From an uncultured Chloroflexia bacterium (GTDB lineage Bacteria > Chloroflexota > Limnocylindria > Limnocylindrales > CSP1-4): DNA of 64,000 bases. A program made the translations under genes and the position numbers. The notes beneath the pieces were generated by a model. It searched no databases, had not been told where the DNA came from, and worked only from the letters and a program-made list of their open reading frames with translations. Position 1 is the stretch's first letter; every line of letters begins with the position of its first letter. The DNA is taken from the NCBI GenBank assembly GCA_963774695.1, contig CAVZFY010000010.1:199899-263898 (forward strand). The letters are read 5' to 3'. Shown one piece after another: positions 33,731-44,963 of this stretch.

Positions 33731-34930
33731 ATGCGTGAGGGGCTGACCCGTGCCAGGCGTCGCGTCGTCCAGTCCGCAGGAGCCGTCCTCGGGATCGCGA
33801 CCATCGCGGCGATCGCCTTCGGGTTCTCGGGCCAGATCCTGTTCAAGCCGACGGCCGCGGCGAGTCGGCACCTCACCGACCCGCGCGCCCGAGGCGCCCC
33901 GGCGGTTCCATCCGCGGCCGGCATCCGCGCCTCGCCGGACACCGGCGAGACCGCACGCCTGCACCGCGTCGACGTGGACGCGACCGGGGCGCGACCGACG
34001 TGACCACGCCGCTCCAGGCCTTCCTCGACGCGAGTCCCGACGGGTCGGTGATCTGCCTCGAAGCCGGCGGGCAGTACCGGGTCGAAGGGACAGCTCCACC
34101 TCGCGGGCCGCAACGACCTCACGTTCGACGGGCCGGGTGCCCGTCTGTACGCGACGACCGCAGCGCCGACCCGCGCATCCGGATCGACCAGGGCGGGTCG
34201 GGCATCCACGTCCTCGACCTGACGATCGAGGGCTACTGGCCCGAGGCCGGCACCGCGGACGCCGTGATCGTGGCGTTCGAGGGCAACCACGGGATCGTCG
34301 GTCGGCGGCACGCACGACGTCGAGATCGGGCCGTCCGTCCACATCCGGAACGTGGGCGGCGACGGTGTGTACCTGACATCGGGCGTCGTCGCGGGCACCC
34401 GCCAGTGGGCGGACGGCGTCCGGATCCACGATTCCACGATCGAGGGCACGGGCCGCATGGGCGTGTCGATCACCGACGGGGCACGCAACGTGGTGGTCGA
34501 GCACAACGACCTCGACCAGATCGCGCTGTATGTCTTCGACATCGAGCCCAACGGCCTCGTCTTCGACGGCGTCCCGGCCGGCGCCGAGCATGTCCGGTAC
34601 ACCAACAACCAGCATCGGCACGTACGGGCTCAGCCCGGTCCTGGTCGCCATGGCTGTTCGCGGGCACCGGCAAGGGACCCGAGACGGACATCGAGGTGAG
34701 CAACAACGTCTCGACGGCCGGGCCGCTGCGCATCGCGGCCTGGAACGTCGACGACACCGGGCGCAAGGACTTCCGGTTCCTCGGGAACTGGAGCGACACC
34801 GCCGGTCGCCGGCCCGGTGATGGAGTTCGACGGCATCGACCAGCTCGAGGTCAGCGACACCCACCAGCCGCTGACCTTCGGGCGCCTCGCGAAGGTCACG
34901 AACTCGACGGTGATCGGCGAGATCGACTAG
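33731..34930 (+). CDS. Membrane-anchored right-handed beta-helix protein, paralog of the upstream C-terminal domain; frameshifted
   Basis: N-terminal TM; 'LQAFLDASPDGSVICL..GGQYRVEGT', 'NVGGDGVY', 'GTGRMGVSITDG', 'FDIEPNG' mirror the upstream protein. Confidence 0.75.
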
Positions 34931-35009
34931 CCCCATCGGGTCCTGACGGGAGGCCGGGTGTGATGCCCTATACTCGCGGCTCCCCGGACAGGAGGCACAG
35001 CCCGCGAAC

Positions 35010-35826
35010 GTGGACCTACGCCGTTATGCCGCCACGCTCTGGTCGGCGGCCTGGCTGATCGCGCTTTCGCTGGTCCTCGCGGTCGTGATCGCCGTCGCGG
35101 TCGCCTCGCAGCTGCCCCGGACGTTCGAATCGCGCGCGACGCTCTACGTCGGCCAGTCGCTCGACGACCCGGGCCTCGGCTACACCAGCATCCTCGCGTC
35201 GCAGGCCGTCGCGCAGTCCTATGCCCAGCTGGTCACGACCCGGCCGATCCTCGAGGGCGCGATCGAAGGACCTCGGCCTCGACGGCACGATCGATCCCGA
35301 CGAGCTCGCGCAGCGCGTCACCGCCGAGGTGCCGGACCAGGGCGTCCTGCTCCAGATCCTGGTCCGCGACGCGGATGCCGACCAGTCCTCGAAGCTCGCC
35401 AACGCGATCGCCCAGCAGATGCTCGACCGCGCCCCGGCCAGCGACGAGGCCCTGGAGGCCACGCAGAAGGAGCGGCTCGCGCAGCTCGACGCGCGGATCA
35501 AGGACTCCGAGGACCAGATCCTCGCCCTGCTCGCGAAGGCGGATCGCACGCCCGACGACAACGTGCAGCTGACGACGCTGGAGCGCGAGCTGCAGACGCT
35601 GACCGCCGCCCGCGAGTCGCTCGCGAACGGCATCCCGGCCACGTCGCCCAACGCGCTGACGGTCGTCGAGTCCGCGGTGGCGCCGACCACCTCGAGCGGG
35701 ACCTCGCGGGTCACCATCGTGCTCGTCGCGGTGGCGATCGCCCTCGCCCTGTCGCTGGGCGCCGCGTACGTCTGGGACGTGTGGCGCCGCTCCGAGCCGG
35801 CCGAGCCCGATGACCGGATCGGCTGA
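35010..35826 (+). CDS. Wzz/YveK (CpsC-like) polysaccharide chain-length determinant; frameshifted
   Basis: 'MDLRRYAATLW..WLI', 'PRTFESRATLYVG', 'AQSYAQLV', 'LANAIA', a coiled coil and a C-terminal TM. Confidence 0.8.
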
Positions 35827-36775
35827 CCAGCCGGCGCCGCTGTTCACGGTCTTCACCCCGACCTACAACCGCGGCCACGTGCTGCACCGGGCCTACGAGA
35901 GCATGCGGGCGCAGACGCTCCGCGACTTCGAGTGGCTCGTCGTGGACAACGCCTCGACCGACGACACGGCTGAGATCGTCGCGGGCTGGATCGCCGCGGG
36001 CGACGTCCCGATCCGCTACCTGCGCAACGAGGTCAACATCGGCCGCCAGGGGTCGTGGACGCGCGCGATCCGCGAGGCCCGGGGCGAGCTGTTCACCGAG
36101 CTCCGCTCCGCCGACGGCCTCGTGCCCCAGGCGCTCGAGCGGCTGAAGTTCCACTGGGAGTCGATCCCACCCGCCGAGCGGGCCGGGTTCTCGGCCGTCT
36201 CGGCGCTCGCCATGGACGAGCACGGCGACGTCATCGGGACGCGGTTTCCCGAGGACGTGTTCGACTCCGACTCGATCGAGATCCGCTACCGGTACAAGGT
36301 CCGCGGCGACAAGTGGGGCTTCCAGCGGACGTCCGTGATGCGCGACCAGCAGATCCCCGAGATCCCCGGGCTTCACCGGCTCGATCCCCGAGGCCGTGAC
36401 GTGGCGCGCGATCGCCCGCCGCTACCGGACGCGCTACGTCAACGAGCCGCTGCGCATCTACTGGCAGGACCAGGGCCACGGGCTGTCGCGCCCGGTCATC
36501 GGCTGGGTCAACGCCCCGGGCCGGGTGATCGAGGCCGAGGACCGGCTCGACAACGACCTCCGCTGGCTGCCGGTGATCCCGGTCACCTTCGCGCGCGACG
36601 CGGTGCCGATCACGACCAGCGGCCTGCACTGGGGCCGGGCCTCGCCGAGCCAGCCGAAGACGCTGCGCAACCCCGGCGCGAAGGCGCTGTGGCTGTCGAT
36701 GGTGCCGGTGGGCGTCGCCTTCTACCTCGTCGAACGCTACCTGCCCGCCTCGGACGACGGCTGCCGAACCCCTAG
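35810..36775 (+). CDS. GT2 glycosyltransferase; frameshifted
   Basis: 'FTVFTPTYNR', 'FEWLVVDNASTDDT', 'GDKWGF'. Confidence 0.88.
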   Translation: MTGSADQPAPLFTVFTPTYNRGHVLHRAYESMRAQTLRDFEWLVVDNASTDDTAEIVAGWIAAGDVPIRYLRNEVNIGRQGSWTRAIREARGELFTELRSADGLVPQALERLKFHWESIPPAERAGFSAVSALAMDEHGDVIGTRFPEDVFDSDSIEIRYRYKVRGDKWGFQRTSVMRDQQIPEIPGLHRLDPRGRDVARDRPPLPDALRQRAAAHLLAGPGPRAVAPGHRLGQRPGPGDRGRGPARQRPPLAAGDPGHLRARRGADHDQRPALGPGLAEPAEDAAQPRREGAVAVDGAGGRRLLPRRTLPARLGRRLPNP

Positions 36776-38006
36776 CCGGGCCGAAGGCTGGCCGGGCGGC
36801 CGTGGGCCGCCGAGAGCTCCTCGTACGTCGCGCTGAACTCGGCGACGAAGCGATCCATCCCGAACTCGCGGTCCGCCAGCTCGCGCGCCGCCGCCCCGAA
36901 TTGCGCGCGCAGCGCCGCGTCCCCGGCCAGCCGCTCGATCGCCGCGGCCATCGCCGCGCGATCGCCGACCGGGCACCTGGAGGCCGGTGACCCCGTCGAT
37001 GACGATCTCCGCGGCGCCGCCGGCGCGCGGTGGCGACCATCGGGCGGCCGGCCGAGGCCGCCTCGAGCAGGGCGTTCGGGAGGCCCTCGCTCTCGGACGA
37101 TGGGCGGCGATGTCGAAGGCCGGGAACAGCGGTCGCGGGTCGGCCTCCGCGCCGTGGAGCCGCACCCGCCCCTCGATCCCGAGCGACGCGATCTGGGCCT
37201 CGAGGCTCGGACGCATCGGACCCTCGCCGATCAGGATCAGGCGCAGGCTCGGGCCGCGTCGCGGCGGCGGCGGCGAACGCGTCGACGAGGACGTCGAGCC
37301 GCTTGACCTCGCGGTAGTTGGCCACGGCGCCGATGAGCACGTCGTCCGGCCCGACGCCCCACTCGCGCCTGCGCGCCGCGCGATCCTCGGGCGACAGCGC
37401 GGGCACCGGCTCGACGCCGTTGTAGATCACGCGGAGGTGCCCGGGCTTCGGGTGCTCGCGGGCGATCGTGTCGGCCTCGACAGCGTGCGAGTTGGCGACG
37501 ACGAGGTCGGTCATCTGGCGGGCGACGGTCTCGATCGCCCGGCCCGCCGGCGCCGAGCGGTTGCGCCGTCCCCCGCAGGTCTCGCCGGCCGGACATCACG
37601 ACACGCGGCCCGGTGAGCCAGCGCGTGAGCGCCGCGAGGTGGTACGTCGGGTACATCCAGGCGTCGATGATGTCGTAGTGCCCGTTCCGCACGATCGACA
37701 GGAAGCGCAGGCCCTTGCGGATGCGGTGGATCGATCTCCCGACGGGCGTGATGTCCGGGCGGTGGGCTCGAGCCGAGCGAGAAGACGCGCGCCCCGAACG
37801 CCTCGGCATCGACCGCGTACGGCCCGGGCTCCGAGAGGGTCAGGAAGTCGACCTTGTAGCGGTCCCTGGGCAGACGTTGCGCGAGGGCGAGCATCTGGCG
37901 CTCGCTGCCGCCGGGCCGGAGGCTCGAGCAGATGTACAGGATCGCGAAGCCGCCCCGGTGTCCGCTGCCCCGGTTCACCCGCGGCGTCGTCCGCCGCCAC
38001 GGTCAT
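36772..38006 (-). CDS. GT4 glycosyltransferase; frameshifted
   Basis: 'GGSERQM', 'VVANSHAV', 'VIYNGVE', 'SEGLPNALLEAAS.GRPMVAT'. Confidence 0.85.
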
Positions 38007-39049
38007 GATTGCGACCCGCCCGCCGTGGCGAAGTCCTGGCCCGCGAGGCGGCCGCGTCGCGCCCTGCGGTCGACGGTCACGCCCTCCGGGTCGGCCCCGA
38101 ACAGCTCGGGCACCGCGCCCATCGGGGCGATCCGCAGCTGGTCTCGGTCGCGTGCCTCGGTCGCCGCACGCAGGATGCCCTCGAGCACCGACATCATGTA
38201 GTCGCGGTCCGAGGACAGGTTGAATGGGTGCGTCCACAGGTGGAACACGCCGTCCTGCTCGGCGGCGCCGCTTGAAGCCGAGCCTTCGCCTTGTGGATGC
38301 GCGCGCCCGCCGGCACGTACCGGCGCACGCCGACCGTGCCCATCAGCAGTGCCGAACCGGGAACGCGCCACAGGCCGGGCAGGTGCTCGGTCGGGCGCGA
38401 CGACCGGCGGCGCGATGCCGAGTGCCTGGTCGGCGAGATGGGCGGGTCGGCGGAGGGCCTTCGGAGCACGTGCGATCCCAGGTCGGGTCGAGGCCGCGGA
38501 AGACCCGGAAGCCGGCTTCCTGCAGGGCGACATGGTGGCCCTCGCTGTTGCGCGGGAAGACGAACGACTCGCAGGCGGATCCCGCGCTCGGTCGCGAGGC
38601 GCACGCAGGCCGCCAGGTCCGAGCGGGCCGCGTCGAGCGTCATCGCCGGGTCGCCGAACTGCGGGTGCGAGAACGAGTGGCACGCGATCTCCTGCGGCTG
38701 GCCGGCGTCCAGGATCGCGTCGAGGACGTCGGTGCCGTACCACAGCGGGGCGTCGGCCCGATCCGAGGCGGGGTCGGCGTGGAACCAGTCGGCGTCGACG
38801 TGGCTCTGCCGCGGGTGGACGATGTCGTCGTGCACACGCCCGCTGGCGTCGCGCTCGCAAGCGTCGAGGAACAGGTGGCCGACGAGCGCCCAGGTGGCGG
38901 ACACCTCGTAGCGCTCGAGGAGCCGCAACATCCGGTCGATCGTCGCCTCGCTCGTCCGGGTAGCGCTGCTCGAACGCTGCGGGCGATGTGTGGTCGAACG
39001 AGCCCCAGACGAGCTCCGTGTCGAGGGTCAGGGTGAAGACGCCCGTCAC
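38003..39049 (-). CDS. Polysaccharide deacetylase family protein; frameshifted
   Basis: 'FTLTLDTELVWG', 'ATWALVG', 'QEIACHSFSH', 'FVFPRN', 'FHLWTHPFN'. Confidence 0.85.
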   Translation of the reverse strand: MTGVFTLTLDTELVWGSFDHTSPAAFEQRYPDERGDDRPDVAAPRALRGVRHLGARRPPVPRRLRARRQRACARRHRPPAAEPRRRRLVPRRPRLGSGRRPAVVRHRRPRRDPGRRPAAGDRVPLVLAPAVRRPGDDARRGPLGPGGLRAPRDRARDPPASRSSSRATARATMSPCRKPASGSSAASTRPGIARAPKALRRPAHLADQALGIAPPVVAPDRAPARPVARSRFGTADGHGRRAPVRAGGRAHPQGEGSASSGAAEQDGVFHLWTHPFNLSSDRDYMMSVLEGILRAATEARDRDQLRIAPMGAVPELFGADPEGVTVDRRARRGRLAGQDFATAGGSQS

Positions 39050-39251
39050 GCGAGACGAACTCGGGTCCGGTTGCTGGCCATTGCAAAGGAGGATAACGCG
39101 GCTCCCGACGCCGAGTGTCAAGCCGCGGCGATGGGCATCCGCGCACCACGGCTGATCGACCTCCGTTGCGAGCCGCCATCGCCGACCAGTACGATCGGCG
39201 GCGGCGCTCACTCGTGGCGCTCGGACGGACGAGGCCACCAGGAGAGCAACC

Positions 39252-40256
39252 GTGACTCACGCGACCGCGACGGTTCAGGCCCCCGGATGATCGCGGCCGC
39301 CATCGCCTTCCTCATCGCGCTCCTCACCGGCCTCGCGACGATGCCCTGGGTCATTGACCGGCTGACCGTCGCGGGCCTCACCGGGAACGACGTCAACAAG
39401 CCCGACCGGCCGAGCGTGCCCAACATCGGCGGGATCGCCGTCGCGTTCAGCCTCGCCTTCGGCGTGCTCGTTGCGATGGCGGTATCGGCCACGGGCGCCA
39501 TCCCGACGATCGCCGTGACCCCGATGCTCGGCGCGCTCTCGTGCGTGCTCGTGGTCGCGATGATCGGCCTCGCCGACGACCTGCTCCGGATGCCGCCGCC
39601 GCTCAAGGGCACGCTGCCGATGCTGGCCGCGATCCCGCTCATCGTCACCGGCGACGGCTCGTCGAGCGTGGTCTTCCCGGTCGTCGGCGCAATCGAGTTC
39701 GGCCTGCTGTACACCCTCGTCCTCGTGCCGATCGGGGTCACCGGCGCCGCGAACGTGACGAACATGCTGGCCGGGTTCAACGGCCTCGAGGCGGGGATGG
39801 GCTCGGTCGCGTGCCTGTCGCTCGGGCTGATCGCCCTGCGCGACGGCCACCTCGAGTCGGCGGTCCTGCTGTTCGCGATGCTCGGGCGCCCTGATCGTCC
39901 TGCTGCGGTTCAGCTGGTTCCCGGCCAAGGTCTTTCCGGGCGACACCGCGACCCTGTCGATCGGGGCGGTCCTTGCGGCGGCCGTCGTCGTCGGCCGGTT
40001 CGAGGTCGCCGGGATCATCGTGATCATCCCGTACGCCATCGACTTCGTGATCAAGGCACGCAACCGGTTCCCGAGCACCGAGTGGTGGGGCACGTGGGTC
40101 GACGGGAAGCTGGTGCACGAAGGTCGCCCGATCGGGCTCGGGCAGCTCGTCATGCGCCTCACGGGTGGCGTGACCGAACGCCGGCTGGTCTCGATCCTGA
40201 TCGGGCTCGAGGTGATCGCGGGGGCGGCGGCCGTAGCGGTCACGGCGCGCCTGTAG
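39252..40256 (+). CDS. Polyprenyl-phosphate GlcNAc-1-phosphate transferase of the archaeal/eukaryotic GPT (AglH/Alg7-like) type; frameshifted
   Basis: 'GNDVNKPDRPSVPNIGG', 'GLADDLL', 'ANVTNMLAGFNGLEAG', 'PAKVFPGDT', 'DFVIKAR'. Confidence 0.85.
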
Positions 40257-40276
40257 GGGCGCGGCGAGACCGCGCG

Positions 40277-41431
40277 CTAGCGCTTGCGGCCGTCCGACGC
40301 GAGCAGCTCCGCGTAGAGGCCGGCGACGTCGTCGATCAGGCGGCCCGCGGCGTGGGTCTGGCTCCGGGCCAGCGCCTCGTCGCCGAACCGTTCACGCATC
40401 GCCGGGTCCGCCACGAGGCGACCGATGCGCTCGGCGAAGCCCGCCTCGTCGTCACGGTCGACGAGCCAGCCGGTGACGCCCTCGATCACGACGTCGGGGA
40501 CGCCGCCCACGCGCGTCGCGACCGCCGGGCGCGCGCTCGCCGCAGCCTCGATCAGCACCAGCGGCGTGCCCTCGCTGTCGGATGAGTTCACGACGATGTC
40601 GGCCGCGGCGTGCCAGACCGGCATCGCGTCGCTCCAACCGGCGAATCGCACCGCGTCCCCCAGCTCGAGGTCCGTGGCCTGCGCCTCGAGCTCCGGGCGC
40701 AGCGGCCCGTCGCCGACGACGCACAGCCGCGTCTCGGGATGCGCCGCGTGGACGACCGCGAACACCCGCAGGAGCCGGTCGATGCGCTTGATCTGCGCGA
40801 GGCGGCCGGCCGCGACCAGCACGACGTCGGCCTGGCCGAGCCCCAGCTCCGCCCGGGCCCCCGCCCGTGTGTGGCCGGCGAACCGCTCGAGCTCGAGGCC
40901 CAGGGGAATGATCCGAACGCGGTCCCGTCGCCCGATCTTGCGCTCGGCGAGCTCCCGACGCTGCTCGTCGCTGAGCACGATCGTCCGTGTCGTCTCCAGC
41001 GCCGCGAGACGTTCGGCGGTCATGACGAGCGCCGACGTCCGCGGGCTGAAATAGCCCTCGAACACGTTGCCGTGGAACGTGTGCACCCGGCTCGGGACCC
41101 GGGTCACGGTCGCGGCCAGCCGGCCGAGGAGACCGGCCTTCGATTGGTGGGTGTGAACGATGTCCGGCCGATAGCTCCGCATCAGCCTGGCCAGTGAGGC
41201 CAGCGAGCGGGCGTCGTCTGCCGGACGGATCGAGCGCCGGAGCGGTGCGAGATGACGGGCCGGCACGTCAACCGTCGCGAGGTCCATCTCGGTCTCGCCC
41301 TCTTCCACCGAGCCGTACACGAGGAGCGTCTCCCAGCCGCGCTCGGCCAGGCCCCGGTCGAGGAGCAGGACGTGGGTCGACGGCCCGCTCACGGTGAGGC
41401 GGGTGATCACGCGCAGGATGCGTCCGGCCAT
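40277..41431 (-). CDS. GT4 glycosyltransferase
   Basis: 'ILRVITRLTVSGP', 'DIVHTHQSKAG', 'HTFHGNVF', 'SEGTPLVLIEAAA..RPAVATRVGGV'. Confidence 0.92.
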   Translation of the reverse strand: MAGRILRVITRLTVSGPSTHVLLLDRGLAERGWETLLVYGSVEEGETEMDLATVDVPARHLAPLRRSIRPADDARSLASLARLMRSYRPDIVHTHQSKAGLLGRLAATVTRVPSRVHTFHGNVFEGYFSPRTSALVMTAERLAALETTRTIVLSDEQRRELAERKIGRRDRVRIIPLGLELERFAGHTRAGARAELGLGQADVVLVAAGRLAQIKRIDRLLRVFAVVHAAHPETRLCVVGDGPLRPELEAQATDLELGDAVRFAGWSDAMPVWHAAADIVVNSSDSEGTPLVLIEAAASARPAVATRVGGVPDVVIEGVTGWLVDRDDEAGFAERIGRLVADPAMRERFGDEALARSQTHAAGRLIDDVAGLYAELLASDGRKR

Positions 41432-43300
41432 CAGGCCCCCTTTCCCGTCGTCGAGAGCAGCTCGTGGAGCACCGTCAGCCGGGCGAGACGAAGGTACTGC
41501 GGGAGGTTCGCGGCAAACCGCCGCTCGAGGGTGAGCTCGCGCACGACCTGGCCCGGCCAGGTCCGCTTGGCGATGGCGCGCAGGCGGGATGGGCCGCCGC
41601 CCGTGCTGACCGGTGCCGCGGCGCCAGCGCCGCTCGTCCCGGCCGTCGCGGCGGCTGCCTCGCCGGATCGGGCCGCGGCCGCCGCCTCCAGGTCGCGCAG
41701 CGCCGCCACGACGCGCTCCCGCACGCCGAGGCCGTCGAGCCAGCCGGGCGCCTCGCACCGTTCGCGAAGCACGCGGGCGAGCGTCGGGTCCGTGGCGACC
41801 CGGGCCTCCCAGCGCGGCAGGTTGTCGTCGGTCGCGTACGGGATCGCGGCGACCGCCGGGAAGGCGCGATCCAGGGCCGCCTGGAGCAGCGCCTTGTTCG
41901 TGCGCAGGCGGTCCGGCGTCGTCCGCAGCCGCTCCAGCAGCGCCCGGTCGAGGAGCGGCGCGATCACGTCGAGGTCGGTCTGCTTGACCCGGTTGTAGCC
42001 GCCCAGGAACCGCCGCACGCCGACGGCGTACCAGAGCTCGGCGCGCTGCGAGGTCGGCGAGGCGGACCGCAGGCTCCCGATCATCGCCCGGAGGGCCGGC
42101 TCCTGCTCCGCCGCGATCCGGCGCGAGCAGCTCGTCGCCGAGCAGCGTCGCGTAGGCGGTGTCGCGGCCGATCGGCGCGAGGCCGTTGATGATCGGCACG
42201 GAGCGCCGGGTCAGCAGCGCGTCCCCGGTCCCGAAGCACTCGTCGCCGCGGAACATCGACCGGTAGCCGAGGCCGGCGAGCTCCGCGTGCAGCTCGTGGT
42301 CGTCGGGGAAGTGGATCGCGCAGTCGCCCTCCCCGCTGGAGAGGTAGACGGCCCGCGCGAACGACTCGGGCGTGTGCCGCTGCGGCTTGTCGAACCACGC
42401 GTTGTCGAGCCCGAGCGCCGACGCCACCCGGACGGCAACGACGGCGTCGCAGCCCGGCCGCGTCCGCGCCTCGCCCCAGGTGATCGTCGGGATGCAGTGC
42501 GGGCCCTGCTGGCGCACCAGCTCCGCACCGATATAGCGCGAGTCCATCCCGCCGCTCAGCGGGAGGACCGGTTCGTCCGCGTTGCGCCAGCCGCGCGCGA
42601 CGGCGGCCTCGAGCAGGCCCGCGACGTCGTCCACGACCCGGTCGTCGGGGAGCGGCGGGTCCGCGGGCTCGAACACCATCGCGAAATGGTCGCTGGTCGT
42701 CGCGCGCCCGTCGGTGAACGCGAGCGCCTGTCCCGCGCCGAGGTGGCGGATCTCGCGCCACGGCGTGGTCATCGGCAGGTACCGGCCGCCCTCGAGAAAC
42801 GACCCGATCGCGCCCCAGTCCTCGGTCAGCGTGCCCGGGTACGCGGCGGCGAGGTCACCGAGGTGCGAGTGGAACGCGAGCACGCCGTCGGCGAGCCACC
42901 AGTACACCGCGTGGGCCCCGACGACGTCCATCGCGAGGTGAACCGTGCCGCCGTCCCGGACGACCAGGCAGTACGAGCCGTCGAGCTGCGCCCATGATCC
43001 GCCGCCGAGGCGGTCGACGAGGCGCTCGAGCATCGCGCGCCCGGGGGCGTCGAGGCCCCGGCCCGTCGTCTCGGCGCCGTCGACGACGCGCACCTCCCCG
43101 TCGACGTGGAAGAAGCGCCCGGGCCCCGGGGCCTCCCACGAGGCGGAGGAGCGGGCGATGGAGCCGATGCGGCAGCCGGTGACGCCGGCGAGGCGAGGCG
43201 CCGGTCCGGCGCCCGCGGCGGCCTCCGCGGACGCCGCGAGCCGGGCGAACGTCGCGTCGGCCAGTGGTGAGTCGCCGACGACCCCGAACAGCAGCTGCAT
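41431..43300 (-). CDS. Asparagine-synthase-related ATP-dependent amidotransferase without the N-terminal catalytic Cys; frameshifted
   Basis: PP-loop 'PLSGGMDSR', 'RGDECFG', 'APLLDRALLE'; N-terminus 'MQLLFG'. Confidence 0.75.
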
Positions 43301-43304
43301 CCGC

Positions 43305-44963
43305 TCAGGCCGCCTGGGCGGCGCGCCGCCGGTCGACGACGCCGCGCACGGCCCGGACCAGCACCATCGGCTCCTCGAGGCCCAGGGCGCGTGCGCCCAG
43401 GACGAAGGCCCCGAGCCCGAGGACCCCGAACAGCCCGAGGGCGACGAGCTCCACGATGAGGTTGCTCGGGATCACGCCCGACCAGGCGATCACCGCGACC
43501 ACGACGGCGGGGACGACCGACGCCGCCATCGCGAGCCCGAGGACGCGGGCGATCGGCCGGAGGTCGAAGGCACGATCGTCGCGCGCGAGCCGCCAGGCGA
43601 AGAACGTGACGACGATCGTCGAGGCGACGGCGGAGGAGAGCGCGATGCCGGCGACGCCGATCCAGAGGCCGAAGGCGACGTCGAGGGTCACGTTGAAGAT
43701 GACGTTGATGATGCCGCCGGTGAGGAGGACCGTACCGGCGCGACGGGCGTTGTGGGCCCCGGCGAGGACGGGCGACGTCATCAGGATCACGATGAGTGGC
43801 GCGAAGGCCGCGACCACGTGGGCCGTGCGCTGCACGTCCTCGGGGCCGAACGCGCCGCGGCCGTAGGCAACGGCGACGGCGATCGGCGCGACCGCCGCGG
43901 TGAGCGCCGCGATCGGGACGAACACCGCGATCGCGAACCGCAGGGACCGTGAGGTCGTCGATGCGAGGCCGCTCTGCTTGTCCCGCGCCGCGCGGACGAG
44001 CGTCGGGTAGATCGCCGAGCCCCACGCCGGGCTGATGGCGCTGATCGGCGTCCGCACGAGGACCTCGGCGTAGCGCAGCGCGCTGACGCCGCCTGGCGCG
44101 AGCAGCGACGCGATCGCGCGGTCGAACACCACGTTGACCTGGAGGATCGCCGAGCTCAGCGTGAGCGGCGCGGCATGCCGCAGGAACGCCCCGAACTGCA
44201 TGCCGGACGAGCGGAGCGTGAGGCGTGGCCCCGCGCCGGCCCTGGCGGTCGCGACGACGAGGATCGCGACGCCGATCAGCTGCCCGACCACCGTCGCGAC
44301 GGCGAGGGCCATCAGGTTCAGCGATCCCCAGAGGATGAGCATGATCGCGAAGGTCGAGACGGTCCCCACGAACGCCCCGATCGCGATGGCTGCGAACAGG
44401 TCTTCCGCCTGGCACAGCGAGTACAGGATGCCGTTGACCGCCGCGAGGAAGGCCACGGGCGCGAGCACGTGCAGGTAGCGGACGGCAGCCTCGTGGCTCG
44501 GCTCGTCGAGGCCCGGACCGGCGATCGAGATGATCGGGCTCGCGAACACCCAAAGGGCGATCGAGAGGGCGATCCCCGCGAGCCCGATGTACGCGAGGAC
44601 GGCGCCCGAGAAGCGTCGCGCGTGCGCCCGGCCACCGGTGTCGCGCGCCTCGACGTACGCCGGGACGAGCGCCGTGACGATGCCGCTGGTCAGCACGCCC
44701 GCGAGGGTCGTGGGCAGCACCATCGCGATCAGCAGCGCGTCGAGGTCCCGCGACAGGCCGACCTGCGCGGCGATGAACAGCTCGCGCAGGATCCCGATCG
44801 CCTGGACGGCGAACGTCCCGCCGGTGAGGATCGCCGCCGAGCGGCCGACCGATCGGAGCGACGGCTCGGAGCGCGCCGCCGCCGGATCGACGGGGTCTTG
44901 AGGCTCGCCCGGCCCCTCCGGGTCCGGCGTCGTGCCCGGCTGCTCGCCCGGGGCGTCGGTCAC
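43305..44963 (-). CDS. MurJ/MviN-like lipid-linked oligosaccharide flippase
   Basis: 'GILRELFIAAQVG', 'LQVNVVFDRAIASLL..GGVSALRYA', 'YGRGAF'; about 14 TM segments. Confidence 0.88.
   Translation of the reverse strand: MTDAPGEQPGTTPDPEGPGEPQDPVDPAAARSEPSLRSVGRSAAILTGGTFAVQAIGILRELFIAAQVGLSRDLDALLIAMVLPTTLAGVLTSGIVTALVPAYVEARDTGGRAHARRFSGAVLAYIGLAGIALSIALWVFASPIISIAGPGLDEPSHEAAVRYLHVLAPVAFLAAVNGILYSLCQAEDLFAAIAIGAFVGTVSTFAIMLILWGSLNLMALAVATVVGQLIGVAILVVATARAGAGPRLTLRSSGMQFGAFLRHAAPLTLSSAILQVNVVFDRAIASLLAPGGVSALRYAEVLVRTPISAISPAWGSAIYPTLVRAARDKQSGLASTTSRSLRFAIAVFVPIAALTAAVAPIAVAVAYGRGAFGPEDVQRTAHVVAAFAPLIVILMTSPVLAGAHNARRAGTVLLTGGIINVIFNVTLDVAFGLWIGVAGIALSSAVASTIVVTFFAWRLARDDRAFDLRPIARVLGLAMAASVVPAVVVAVIAWSGVIPSNLIVELVALGLFGVLGLGAFVLGARALGLEEPMVLVRAVRGVVDRRRAAQAA

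Noticed and set aside
41431-43300. Cys-less asparagine synthase homolog as a lasso peptide cyclase
   Set aside because: No B1/PqqD or B2 transglutaminase gene and no precursor peptide nearby; the context is glycosyltransferases and a flippase.
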